DNA of 60,566 nt, counting the filler. It is 4 parts of 4 records of this genome, joined end to end, with 100 filler letters (N's around TTAATTAATTAA, not from the genome) between each part and the next. Parts side by side here need not be neighbours in the genome. Positions count along the whole stretch, not along the records: positions 25,815 to 53,724 come from SRR20825019_2007; positions 53,825 to 60,566 come from SRR20825019_2026; 2 more parts are not named here. One strand, 5' to 3'. Positions 50,625-60,566 of this stretch are shown here, in pieces; positions within the stretch are counted from its first letter, which is position 1, and each line of letters begins with the position of its first letter. The notes below the pieces were generated by a model. It was not told the DNA's origin and made no database searches. It was given only the letters and a program-made list of their open reading frames with translations. Made by a program: the position numbers and the translations under genes.

Positions 50625-52124
50625 ATGAACGACGCTTCCGACCGCCAACCCCGTGCGCCCCGTTTGGGTGAAGCCCTTTTGCCGATTGGCTGTTTGGTTC
50701 TGTTTTTGGGTGCGGCGGTGATCAATCTGAATGACTTGCCGGAGATATCCGGAGTCACGGCTTTGTTGAAATGGTTCGGGGCCATGCCGTATTTCGGCGC
50801 GATTCTCTATGCTTCGATTCCCGTGCACATTCCCATGATCGGGGCCACGGCGGTCGCTGCCTTACAGGGGATGCGACTCGGATGGGCGTGGCGTGACATC
50901 GAGGAAAGTTTTAAGGATGGGATCCGTTTGTCGCTGAGCGCGGTGCTGATTTTGCTGTTGGTCGGCGTGCTGATCGGCACGTGGATTGCGAGCGGGGTGG
51001 TGCCGTTGATGATCGTGTGCGGGCTCGATCTCTTGTCGCCGGATTGGTTTCTATTGGCGGCCTGTTTGATTTCCGCGATCGTGGCATTGGCCACGGGGAG
51101 TTCATGGACGACGGCCGGGACCGTGGGGGTGGCCTTAATCGGGATCGGCGGGGGATTGGGAGTGCCGTTACCCTTGGTGGCGGGTTCGATAATTTCGGGA
51201 GCGTATTTCGGCGATAAGATGTCGCCGCTTTCGGATACGACTAATCTGGCACCCGCGGTGGCGGGTTCCGAATTGTTCGAACACGTGCGGCACATGATTT
51301 TCACGAGCGGACCGAGCTTTGTGATTTCGTTAACTCTGTTTGGGGTGATCGGCCGCTCCTATGGCATAGACGGAGCATCCTGGGAGCAGATCGAAATGAT
51401 GATCGGCACGTTGAATCAGAATTTCGATTTGAGTGCGTGGCTCTGGTTGGCACCGGTGCTGGTGATCGGGATGGTGGTGATGCGGGTGCCGGCCCTGCCG
51501 GCGTTGTTTGTCGGGGCTGGTTTGGGCGGATTGTTTGCGTCGATCTTTCAGGGGATGTCGCTTTCCAGTGTTCTGACCGTGACCTATGATGGCTTCATTG
51601 CGCAGACTGGAGTGAGCGCGGTGGATGACCTGCTCACACGTGGCGGGGTGGCGAGCATGTATGGCACGATCGGCATCATTATCTGTGCGATGAGTTTTGG
51701 TGGGGTGATGGAAAAATGCGGTATGCTCGAAACCGTCGCGGCGGCTTTGCTTAGCTTGGCGAGGGGAACGACCGGGTTGATCTGGGCGACGCTGGGAACC
51801 TGTCTGGGCATCAACGTGATCGCTTCGGACCAGTATCTCTCGATTGTGGTGCCGGGGCGGATGTATCGCAGTGCGTATGAAAAAGCCGGACTGCATCCGA
51901 GAAACCTCTCCCGTTGTTTGGAAGATGCGGGCACGCTGACCTCACCCTTGGTGCCGTGGAATTCCTGCGGAGCGTTTATGTATGCGACTTTGGGGGTCTT
52001 TCCTTTGGCTTATCTTCCCTTCGCGTTTTTCAACCTCCTCAATCCGTTGATCTCCGCGCTTTATGGTTACACGGGTTGGACGATTGAGAAAGTGAAGAAA
52101 ACGGACTTGAGTGACGGCGATTGA
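50625..52124 (+). CDS. nhaC: NhaC-family Na+/H+ antiporter
   Basis: GSSWTTAGTVG, SGAYFGDKMSPLSDTTNLA, LEDAGT, PLVPWN. Confidence 0.92.
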   Translation: MNDASDRQPRAPRLGEALLPIGCLVLFLGAAVINLNDLPEISGVTALLKWFGAMPYFGAILYASIPVHIPMIGATAVAALQGMRLGWAWRDIEESFKDGIRLSLSAVLILLLVGVLIGTWIASGVVPLMIVCGLDLLSPDWFLLAACLISAIVALATGSSWTTAGTVGVALIGIGGGLGVPLPLVAGSIISGAYFGDKMSPLSDTTNLAPAVAGSELFEHVRHMIFTSGPSFVISLTLFGVIGRSYGIDGASWEQIEMMIGTLNQNFDLSAWLWLAPVLVIGMVVMRVPALPALFVGAGLGGLFASIFQGMSLSSVLTVTYDGFIAQTGVSAVDDLLTRGGVASMYGTIGIIICAMSFGGVMEKCGMLETVAAALLSLARGTTGLIWATLGTCLGINVIASDQYLSIVVPGRMYRSAYEKAGLHPRNLSRCLEDAGTLTSPLVPWNSCGAFMYATLGVFPLAYLPFAFFNLLNPLISALYGYTGWTIEKVKKTDLSDGD

Positions 52125-52165
52125 GTCTGGCCAAAGTCGGGCGGGGAGCTTTCATCGGGAGCACG

Positions 52166-53278
52166 TTGAATACCTACGATCGTCACCTCCTTCGCGAATG
52201 GCTCCAAATACTCGGTGTCGTCGTTGGCGCGATGATGGGGCTGCTTTTCGTGCAGGTGCTCTACGACGATTTTCGCGAGTTGAAGGAGATTGGCGCGCAG
52301 GCTGGTGATTTCCTGCTCTATTTTTTTGTGACGTTGCCCAGTTTTCTCGGCCTGGTGCTGCCGGTCGCGTTGCTGATCTCGCTGTTGTTCGTGCTCGGAA
52401 AATTGCACCGGGCCAATGAGCTGATCGTGTTGCGGGCGGCGGGGGTGAGCTTGTTGCGAATCACGGCACCGGTCTGGCTGATCGGGGTGCTGGCTTGCGG
52501 GGCGACTTGGTATCTGAATGCGAGTGTGGTGCCATGGTCGGTCGAGACATCGCGCGAGTTGCGGAATTCCCTGAACTACCGTCATGCGGCCGAGAGTTTA
52601 GCCGAAGAGCAGGTCGGGGTGGTGCGCAGTGTGGCTTACGATAATCGCGAGACGAATCGGATGTGGTATTTCAACCGCTACAGCCAATTTACCCATCGCG
52701 GCTACGGTGTGACGGTCTCGGAGTTGAATGCAGATCGTCGTGAAACGTCGCGACTGATTGCCAACCAAGCGTGGTATGATGAGGAGCAGGGCGGCTGGGT
52801 ATTTCGCGATGGACAGATTCTCACGATGAATCCGGAAACCGGAGAGATGCTTGGCCCGAAATCCTTCGCTCAGGAATTTCGGGAGAACTTTTCGGAAGAT
52901 CCCAAACTGATGCTACTGATTGATCGCAAGCCGGCCGATCTGTCCGTCCACGAATTGCGACAGCTGATGGACTTTTATGCGGTGGATAATAACCCGAAAG
53001 GGCTGCCCTATGCGGTGCGCTACTTTGGGATTTTGTCGGATGCCTTTGCGCCCTTGTTAGTGATCGCCTTGGCCGTCCCGTTTGCGGTGGCCGGGGTGCG
53101 GGTGAATCCGGCGGTCGGCGTCTCGAAATCAATCGGACTGTTTTTCCTTTATTATATTCTGATGAACGTGGCGAATTCGCTCGCGGCAAAGGAAATTATG
53201 GATCCGCTCTGGGCGGCCTGGCTCCCCAATGTGGGGATGTCGGCGATTGCCGTCTGGTTGTTCTGGCGACTGCGCTAG
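52166..53278 (+). CDS. LptF/LptG-family LPS export permease
   Basis: DRHLLREWL, LPVALLIS, NELIVLRAAGVSLLR, AAWLPN; TTG start inferred. Confidence 0.88.
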   Translation: MNTYDRHLLREWLQILGVVVGAMMGLLFVQVLYDDFRELKEIGAQAGDFLLYFFVTLPSFLGLVLPVALLISLLFVLGKLHRANELIVLRAAGVSLLRITAPVWLIGVLACGATWYLNASVVPWSVETSRELRNSLNYRHAAESLAEEQVGVVRSVAYDNRETNRMWYFNRYSQFTHRGYGVTVSELNADRRETSRLIANQAWYDEEQGGWVFRDGQILTMNPETGEMLGPKSFAQEFRENFSEDPKLMLLIDRKPADLSVHELRQLMDFYAVDNNPKGLPYAVRYFGILSDAFAPLLVIALAVPFAVAGVRVNPAVGVSKSIGLFFLYYILMNVANSLAAKEIMDPLWAAWLPNVGMSAIAVWLFWRLR

Positions 53279-53280
53279 GA

Positions 53281-53724
53281 TCAGCTGCCGAACCAGGAGC
53301 TGACCAAATCTTCGATCCGGTGCCAGACTTGGTTGCTCGGCCAGAGGAGGATGAGCCAGATCGCGAGACAATTCAGGTAGCTCAAAAAGACGGCGGCACT
53401 GGCCATATCCTTGACGCGTTTCGCGAGCGGATGTTGTTCGGGGCGCACGTAGTCGATCGTCCACTCGATCGCGGAATTCAGGAGCTCGACGATCAGGATA
53501 ACAAACAGCGAACCGATCATCACGGCGGTGGACACGGCGTTGACGGGCAGGATGATTGCGAACGGGGTTAAGAGGACGGCAAATATGATGTCCTCGCGAA
53601 AGGAAGGCTCGTGCTTCATCGCTGCAAAGAACCCATCGATGGAATAGCGGATGGAGGAGAAGAAATTCCGAAAACTGCGGCGTTTCAGATCGGCGGATTC
53701 ATCGGGAGCAGACACGACTGTCAC
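53281..53724 (-). CDS. dgkA: Diacylglycerol kinase, possibly 5'-truncated
   Basis: YSIDGF, EPSFRE, VELLNSAIE, AKRVKDMASAAV. Confidence 0.9.
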   Translation of the reverse strand: MTVVSAPDESADLKRRSFRNFFSSIRYSIDGFFAAMKHEPSFREDIIFAVLLTPFAIILPVNAVSTAVMIGSLFVILIVELLNSAIEWTIDYVRPEQHPLAKRVKDMASAAVFLSYLNCLAIWLILLWPSNQVWHRIEDLVSSWFGS

Positions 53725-53824
53725 NNNNNNNNNNNNNNNNNNNNNNNNNNNNNNNNNNNNNNNNNNNNTTAATTAATTAANNNNNNNNNNNNNNNNNNNN
53801 NNNNNNNNNNNNNNNNNNNNNNNN
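53725..53824. other. Artificial contig spacer
   Basis: 44 N + TTAATTAATTAA + 44 N. Confidence 0.98.
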
Positions 53825-53825
53825 C

Positions 53826-55115
53826 GCCGTCGTCGTTGAGCGTAAGAAGTTCGGAGCCATGGGTTGGAACCGTGTCTACCCCTTCAACATGGGCGATCTT
53901 ACTACCTGCCTTGAGGTGACTGCTAACTACATCGAGGACCGTCCTAAGATCCCGTGGGAGGATCTCCGCTACGTGTTCGGAGAGATCATGTACGGTGGCC
54001 ATATCACTGACGACTGGGATCGTGTGTTGTGCATGGCGTACCTCCGTACTTTCATCCAGCCCGAGTGCTGCGATGGTCTGGAGCTTGTGCCCGGCCTTGT
54101 CGTCCCACAGCCCATGTCCTACCAGGAGTACATGACCTTCATCACTGAAGGTAACGATATCCCTCAAGAGAGTCCCCTCCTGTACGGCCTCCACCCCAAC
54201 GCCGAGATCAACTACCGTACCGTCCAGGCCGAGGTACTCTTCCGCACTATCAACGAGCTCCAACCTAAGCAGCAGGGCGGCGCTGATGCCAAGAGTCCCG
54301 CGGAGGTCGTTGGAGAGACACTTGGTGAGATCCTTGAGCGCCTCCCCGAGCCCCACAGTTTGACAGATCTGTCTGAGCGTCTCGAGGAGGAGCGTACTCC
54401 CCAGCAACACGTCTTCTACCAGGAGTGCGAGCGCATGAACCTCCTCATCGACACCATCCGTATCACCCTCGAGGAGCTCAGCCTGGGACTGAAGGGAGAG
54501 CTCTCCATGACCGCTTCCATGCAGCTGCTCCAGGACCAGGTGTTTATGGGACACCTCCCCGAGGCGTGGGGTAAGGTCTCCTTCATGTCCATGCGACCCC
54601 TCCCTAGCTGGGTCGAGAACTTCCAGCTGCGTAACCAGCAGCTCCTCGACTGGATTCCCGAGATGCAGACCCCCAAGGTTACCAACCTCGCCTTCTTCTT
54701 CAACCCCATGTCCTTCCTCACTGCCATCATGCAGACTACCTCCATCCAAAACAGCTACGACCTCGATCAGATGTCCCTTGTCGTCGACGTCCTCAAAAAG
54801 GCCGCCGATCAGATCGACACCTCTGCTCGTGATGGTTGCCATGTCCATGGGTTGGTCATGGAGGGTGCAAGGTGGGATACCGCCGGATCTATTGACGAGA
54901 GCCGCATGAAGGAGTTGTACCCCCGCATGCCCGTCATGACCATCCGATCCCTCCCCCTTGGAAAGATCGATCGTCGTGATCAGTACGAGTGCCCCGTCTA
55001 CAAGACCCAGCAGCGTGGTCCTGGATACGTCGTTGGCTTCTTCTTAAAGACCAAGGCACCCGCCCGTAAGTGGACCATTGCCGGCGTAGGAATGCTCCTT
55101 GATGTTGTTGAGTAG
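53826..55115 (+). CDS. Axonemal dynein heavy chain, C-terminal fragment (eukaryotic, outer-arm-like)
   Basis: ERKKFGAMGWNRVYPFN, PWEDLRYVFGEIMYGGHITDDWDR, GLHPNAEI, EGARWD, YECPVYKT; no introns. Confidence 0.95.
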   Translation, partial: AVVVERKKFGAMGWNRVYPFNMGDLTTCLEVTANYIEDRPKIPWEDLRYVFGEIMYGGHITDDWDRVLCMAYLRTFIQPECCDGLELVPGLVVPQPMSYQEYMTFITEGNDIPQESPLLYGLHPNAEINYRTVQAEVLFRTINELQPKQQGGADAKSPAEVVGETLGEILERLPEPHSLTDLSERLEEERTPQQHVFYQECERMNLLIDTIRITLEELSLGLKGELSMTASMQLLQDQVFMGHLPEAWGKVSFMSMRPLPSWVENFQLRNQQLLDWIPEMQTPKVTNLAFFFNPMSFLTAIMQTTSIQNSYDLDQMSLVVDVLKKAADQIDTSARDGCHVHGLVMEGARWDTAGSIDESRMKELYPRMPVMTIRSLPLGKIDRRDQYECPVYKTQQRGPGYVVGFFLKTKAPARKWTIAGVGMLLDVVE

Positions 55116-56397
55116 TCATCAAATCAAATCACTACTACTCCGTTGATAAAATCAACAATTTCAACAATCACACAAAACTTACACAACACAAAAAAAACCC
55201 AATTGAACCAGAGGGGATGGAATGAAGATCACGAAAAACTTCAACAAAACAAACCCCAAACATCTAGAGAACTTGTCAACCACCAAATTGTCAAGAAACA
55301 CCCGTGTACCGTTCCCAACCAAGTCCAGCTATTATTTTCCCTCAACACTCAAAAAGTTGAGCGTGAATTTAAAGCCGTATTGCTTGAACAAAAAAAAAAC
55401 TTTCCCCCGCCCATGTCACAACACAAATTAAATTACCAATTAAAAGCTTCTCAAAGTTAGTGTTCTGTTTTCAGGTGTTATGCTGCTACTACACGTATCT
55501 ACAGTGTTATGGTTTCAATTCGTCACAACTTCGTGGCGGGTGGAATCAAACATTTGTGGAGTTGTAGCAGTGACATACTCATTTGAATGACTGTCCCTTT
55601 CAATTTGTTCAAACTACCATTGAAATATTATCCCCCCTCCTTTCATCACATTTTAAATTTAAGATCGAGCTTGTGGAAACAATAAACGTTCCGCACTCTA
55701 CAAACCACAACCACCACAACCCACTAACACCCAACCACAATCTCTCTCCAAGAGAAAGTTACCGCCCCTTACAACACACATATTCTTTGTGTTTTAGCGC
55801 CCCACCCACCCACCTTCTATTTATACGTTTCTAGTCAGACGATAAATATTCCTGTTGTTATTGTTTTGGATTCTGATAAAAAAGTAACAGAAAACCATTA
55901 CCTACCACATAAAAGAAAAGGCGACATCAACCTCCTTAAAAAGACAACAACAACACACCACCGACGATTCCTTTCTCACACTGGAATTTCACTTAGTAGT
56001 ACACACTCACCACCTTCTCACCGTTCTCGAAGAAAAAACCCTTCGCTGTTGTTCCACACTTATTACATCGAACAACGCCTTTTCTTGAACACTACCCTCA
56101 CCTCTAGAAAACCCTCCCTTCTTCACAAGACCTTTATTTAAAAGGTAACACCAATTTTCAGGAAGAAAGAAAAGAGTTATTACCCCACTTCATACTGCAT
56201 CGGCTTTTATACACACTCGCCAACGCGATTTCACTGCTAACCCAACCCACAAAAAACACAAAGGAAAGTAAAATATAGTGTCACACCAGCTGCCACTATT
56301 TTCGTTCTCCTACAACAACAACACCCATATCAATATACCATCACCACTACACTTTAAATTGAACGCATAAAAAACCTCACCAGCAACTTAGCAGCCC

Positions 56398-58443
56398 ATG
56401 TCCACTCACGATTTGACCCAACATCAGCAGCACTCCCAGCAGCAGCAGCAGCCCTTTACGTCAACTGTCCTTCCCAAACCTCCTCGTAGCGGTAACATCG
56501 CCCCAAGCCAGACTGGTGCCAACGCCCCTACCCTCGTTCGCGTTGGAGACGGTAAGAAGGTCTACAATGTCAGGAATGTTACATTCGAGGTCGACGAGCA
56601 CTACGACGTGATCAAGGCCATCGGATTAGGCGCGTACGGTTTGGTTTGCTCCGCCATCGACCTCCGCTATGTCCAAGACCACCCATTCTACCAACGCGAG
56701 CTCCTTTCCCTGGAGGAGCACGGCGGCTGTGTGATGAAGACCGTCACCAAGGGCAAAAACGCCGGTGATAAGGACTCGATTGAGTTCCGTAAGTACACCT
56801 CTGTGACTGCTGCGCGTACTGCTGCTCATGCCTCCAAGGAGACTACTCCCCCCGATGCTGGAGCCCCTGGATGCGTGTCGGTCCCTACCCTTCGCTATGA
56901 CCCCTACCAGCGCCAGAAGCTCTCCAACGGCGTCCCAAGCCCCTACGTCGCCATCAAGAAGGTCCCCCGTGTTTTCAACGATCTCATCGACGGAAAGCGC
57001 GTCCTTCGCGAAACCAAGATCCTCCAACAGCTCCGTGGTCATGAGAACATTATCCGTGTTCATGACCTCATGATGCCTCGGTACAATCGTGAGACCTTCA
57101 AGGATATCTACATCGTCTCGGAACTTCTTGATACCGATTTACATCTTGTATTAAAGTCGGGGCAGGCCCTCGAGGAGGGTCATCTTCAATACATCATGTA
57201 CCAGCTCCTTAAGTCCCTTGCCTACGTCCACAGCTTCGGTGCCATTCATCGTGACCTGAAGCCAGGAAATCTCCTCCTCACTGGATCCTGCGACCTGAAG
57301 GTCTGTGATTTTGGACTTGTTCGCGGAGGTGTTCGTCAGGTTCGCAACATGACTGGCTCCCAAAAGGCCAATGTTGCGACCCTTGTGGGCGACATCGCAA
57401 GCTCCGGGCCTGGAGGTGACATCGACCCCGCAGCTGAGGATCGTCGTGACGATGAGCGTGCCAAGATCCTTGCCAAGCGCCATGAGGAGGAGGGCGGCCC
57501 GATCCTCCAGGAGGACGCCATGGCTGCCTCCATTGGCCCCGCGGGAGCAGCCGATCTGACTGACTACGTCATCACCCGCTACTACCGCCCCCCAGAGCTC
57601 CTTATTATGAGCAACTACAGCCACGAGGTGGATCTGTGGTCAGCTGGTTGCATCATGGCTGAGATACTCATCCGCCGCCCAGTGTTCCCAGGGAAGGATT
57701 ACCTTTCCCAGCTCACCATCATCGCCCAGACGACTGCCCTTGCCAACACCCCCTCTACCCCCGAGGACGTAGACATGTTCTTCAAGGGTGGGGATGAGGG
57801 TCGTAACTATCTTAAGGACCTCCTCTTCCGCCAACGTCGCAGCCAGCATCAGCACCAGCACCAGTTCTTTGATCCGAACTTGGATGCCCTGGAGAACCTC
57901 CGCACCGCCCTTTTCGGTCCCAACCATCCTGTTGCCAAGAACCTCTCCCGCACCGCCATTGACTTACTCTACCGCCTTTTGAGCTTCGACCCCAGGCAGC
58001 GTCTCACAGCCCTCGATGCCCTTCGCCACCCCTTCTTCAAGCAAATGTACAGCCGTGGAGATGAGCAGGTCAAGAGCGAGACGGAGACCGTTGTTGGACT
58101 ATCTGTTCAGGTTGCAGTGCCTGAGGGAGTGGTTGCCGAGGCCGTCGAGCAGATCGGTGTGTACTACGAATCGGATGATGAGGATGAGTCGAAGCTGTGG
58201 GAGTTTGATCAGCGTGAGTTGGCTGAGCCCGATCTTCGTACGCTGTTCTGGGATGAACTCGCTAAGTGTAATCGTCGTAAGACCCGTCTTGCTACTGCCA
58301 TCCAATGTAAGCGTGCCCAGCAGCAACAACAGCGCCAGCGCCAACAGCAGCAACACTTACAACAACAACAACAACAGTCTAGCAGCTCGAATCCCCCCCA
58401 GCCACAGGAGTCTTCACCCACTACGGTAACAAAGCAGCAGTAG
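56398..58443 (+). CDS. Mitogen-activated protein kinase (TDY) with large insertions and polyQ termini
   Basis: GLGAYG, VAIKK, HRDLKPGN, DFG, TDYVITRYYRPPE, DLWSAGCI, FPGKDY; single exon. Confidence 0.92.
   Translation: MSTHDLTQHQQHSQQQQQPFTSTVLPKPPRSGNIAPSQTGANAPTLVRVGDGKKVYNVRNVTFEVDEHYDVIKAIGLGAYGLVCSAIDLRYVQDHPFYQRELLSLEEHGGCVMKTVTKGKNAGDKDSIEFRKYTSVTAARTAAHASKETTPPDAGAPGCVSVPTLRYDPYQRQKLSNGVPSPYVAIKKVPRVFNDLIDGKRVLRETKILQQLRGHENIIRVHDLMMPRYNRETFKDIYIVSELLDTDLHLVLKSGQALEEGHLQYIMYQLLKSLAYVHSFGAIHRDLKPGNLLLTGSCDLKVCDFGLVRGGVRQVRNMTGSQKANVATLVGDIASSGPGGDIDPAAEDRRDDERAKILAKRHEEEGGPILQEDAMAASIGPAGAADLTDYVITRYYRPPELLIMSNYSHEVDLWSAGCIMAEILIRRPVFPGKDYLSQLTIIAQTTALANTPSTPEDVDMFFKGGDEGRNYLKDLLFRQRRSQHQHQHQFFDPNLDALENLRTALFGPNHPVAKNLSRTAIDLLYRLLSFDPRQRLTALDALRHPFFKQMYSRGDEQVKSETETVVGLSVQVAVPEGVVAEAVEQIGVYYESDDEDESKLWEFDQRELAEPDLRTLFWDELAKCNRRKTRLATAIQCKRAQQQQQRQRQQQQHLQQQQQQSSSSNPPQPQESSPTTVTKQQ
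58318..58377 (+). repeat. CAA/CAG trinucleotide repeat encoding polyglutamine
   Basis: Encodes QQQQQRQRQQQQHLQQQQQQ. Confidence 0.85.
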
Positions 58444-60566
58444 TGGTCGTTGTAGCAGTCTTTTTAGTAGTAGTATTAGTAGTAGTACCACCCTCATCGC
58501 CAGCACCATCCCCCTCTCTTCTCTACAACAATGACACCATCATCTCAACACACAACACTCACCAACAACAACACTTTTTAGTACACATACACTCTACTAC
58601 GGCAACAGCCCACACCAACACAGTAAAACAAAACATCACAACCACCCCCAACTAAACCTCATATACCCATAGTCTTCTCTTCTCCTCACATCTCTGTCTT
58701 CTTCAAAAAAACATACAACATACAAACGGACACGTCTTCCCCTTGACGGTGCCTATGGGTGTCGTGTTGGTGGGTGCCCCCCCATCTTCTTCTACATATC
58801 ATCATTTATACGTCTCGCTTTCAGCAGAGAGAGGTCGATGAGGAAGAGGAAGAAGAATAAAAAAAAAATGACGGGGAGCCAGCAACCAACACACGAACGT
58901 AACTTTAGTGGGATAACGTACTTGTGTTGGCGGTCAAATGTCCACCACATGTTAGCAAGAGGCGTTGCTTCGGAACTGACACACAAAATGTGCAGTCTGG
59001 GCCTTCCCCACCGTATTGTTTTAAAAAGAGGAGGAAGAAGGAAACCACTGTATACCGTGTTGTTTGACAGCTCCATAGGAACAGTGGCTGTTCAAAGGCA
59101 TAACTCAAAACACTCCCAAACACAAAACACTCTCACACCACAACATACACACCCATACCACACACCAACATACGCCCTTACACAAAAAAAAACACACAAC
59201 AACAACCCAACCACACTCTCACACACACACAACACAACACAAGAAGAAAAAAGGCACACTGCATGCTAAGATGAGGGGGGTAAGTGGATGAGAGAACACA
59301 CCTCTACTGGGGGTCAATCTCAACCCTCTTCTTCTTCATTTTGTATACCCTTGTACTTCACTCCGCACCGCTTTATTTTTCTATTTTGACACTGATTTAA
59401 AACTTTTGTTTTGAGTTCGTGTCCGTCATCATCACATTTCTAAGTAGAGGGGTATAACATGAGGGGGGAGTGCTACTAGACCATCCTACCAAGAAGATTT
59501 AGTTCGATTCACCTCTCAATTCCCGATATGAGAAAAGAATGTAAGATACCTGTTGCTTTTTTCTAAATTACTTTTATTTTTAAAAAATGACGTGGTTGTT
59601 TAAAAAAGAAATATAACGTGTGTGGCTTATTTAAACCTTTCAATATAACGCTTAAATCCCCCTCTCTTTTCTATTATTATTTGAAACCGTTTTATTATTA
59701 TTATGGCAACCTTCTCACTGCGTGTGGATATGTCAAAGCATACCACAAAAAGGAGGTCTTTCAATAGTAACATTTAAAATATGGGATCCAGCGCGAAAAT
59801 GAATGAAGGAGCTAGCTATGTCGTACAATGCAGGGGTCTAGGGTGCGACACCACCGCCATGTGCTGTTTACAGTTGCCCTTCTCTATGTTTTCGATGCCC
59901 TGTCCTCCACTTCGTTTTGAAAATGTTGATGAGGAGCGAGTATCATCCCACGATGGTGGTACGTCGTCACCACCATCACACTTCATCGCCACCCCTCTAT
60001 CATTTTATTACTTATTGTTTCTTCCCTTCTTCGTCAGGCGTCAACATCATCCAACACCATCAAATACATTCAAAGTGCCAGATAGGTGTACCTTTATTCA
60101 GCTTCTTCCCTCTCGTCTTCTGACTCTCACCCCGCTCATCACCTCATCACACCATCCGCGTGTAACCCCCTTATTGGTTACTATATGTGCGCCGTGAGGT
60201 AAGGATGAGAGGGGAGGGAGCATAGAGAAGCGAGGCATCACATACATGTAGCGAAGATGAGTGAGTACCACCACAGAGTGCCTATATTATTATGATTTAA
60301 AGAGATGATGATGAGGATATACGTATCAATGCCAGCCTCAAAACTTTTTCTAATTTTTTACCAAAAAACACTTTTCTTTTTGCAATATACCGGTTAACTG
60401 TCTCCCCATCAAAAAAAGGACTCAGTGAGGGGCGTGTGGGTGTGTGACAACAAGTAGTCATAGTCATTGTTGTGCCTACTTCCCCCCTCATCCATTCATT
60501 ATTCATATCCCACAAGAATATGCTTCGTCCCCAATAAAAAAAGAAAGAAAGTAGACACGTTCAATC

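Noticed and set aside
55116..55460. Frame stays open after the dynein TAG, suggesting readthrough
   Set aside because: The dynein ends at its expected C-terminus, and the downstream DNA is low-complexity A/C-rich sequence where stops are rare
53825..58443. Bacteria-to-eukaryote or eukaryote-to-bacteria transfer of dynein/MAPK
   Set aside because: Separated from the bacterial genes by an artificial spacer
58444..60566. Short ORFs in the eukaryotic intergenic region (e.g. 58838-59269, 59781-60197)
   Set aside because: Low-complexity translations that lack the codon bias of the two real genes
1..60566. CRISPR arrays, tRNA/rRNA genes, transposases, integrases
   Set aside because: No regularly spaced repeats or recognisable motifs seen by eye; a covariance-model scan would be needed to exclude small RNAs

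Overview
This window is not one locus. It is four unrelated contigs joined by three identical 100-nt artificial spacers (44 N + TTAATTAATTAA + 44 N). (1) 1-20296, GC-rich and probably alphaproteobacterial: acyl-CoA ligase, enolase-superfamily enzyme, membrane adenylate cyclase, P1 peptidase, prfC, PuuB-like oxidase, LdtR-like MarR regulator, racemase, YtoQ, two tandem LivJ-like lipoproteins coupled to an orphan sensor kinase, and a BMP-type nucleoside ABC operon ending in a cytosine deaminase-like gene. (2) 20397-25714, AT-rich Flavobacteriaceae-like housekeeping block: T9SS cargo, GT2, YbbR/CdaR-like, coaE, sensor kinase and the start of a response regulator. (3) 25815-53724, GC-rich and tentatively Verrucomicrobia/Opitutaceae-like: two vapBC modules, two PhyH dioxygenases, a Yej/Opp-type ABC operon with a REP-like palindrome inside it, ppk1, nucleoside hydrolase, aldehyde dehydrogenase, YegD-like Hsp70, htpG, an NSS transporter with an unannotated 53-aa membrane partner, nhaC, LptF/G and dgkA. 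(4) 53825-60566, eukaryotic and kinetoplastid-like: an intronless axonemal dynein heavy-chain C-terminus and a TDY MAP kinase with very large insertions. I saw no CRISPR array, tRNA, rRNA or transposase. The best leads for something undescribed are the permease-less binding-protein/kinase sensing module, the coupled PhyH dioxygenase/atypical nucleoside hydrolase pair, and the NSS small subunit. All taxonomic and functional calls come from motif recognition by eye; no database searches were run.
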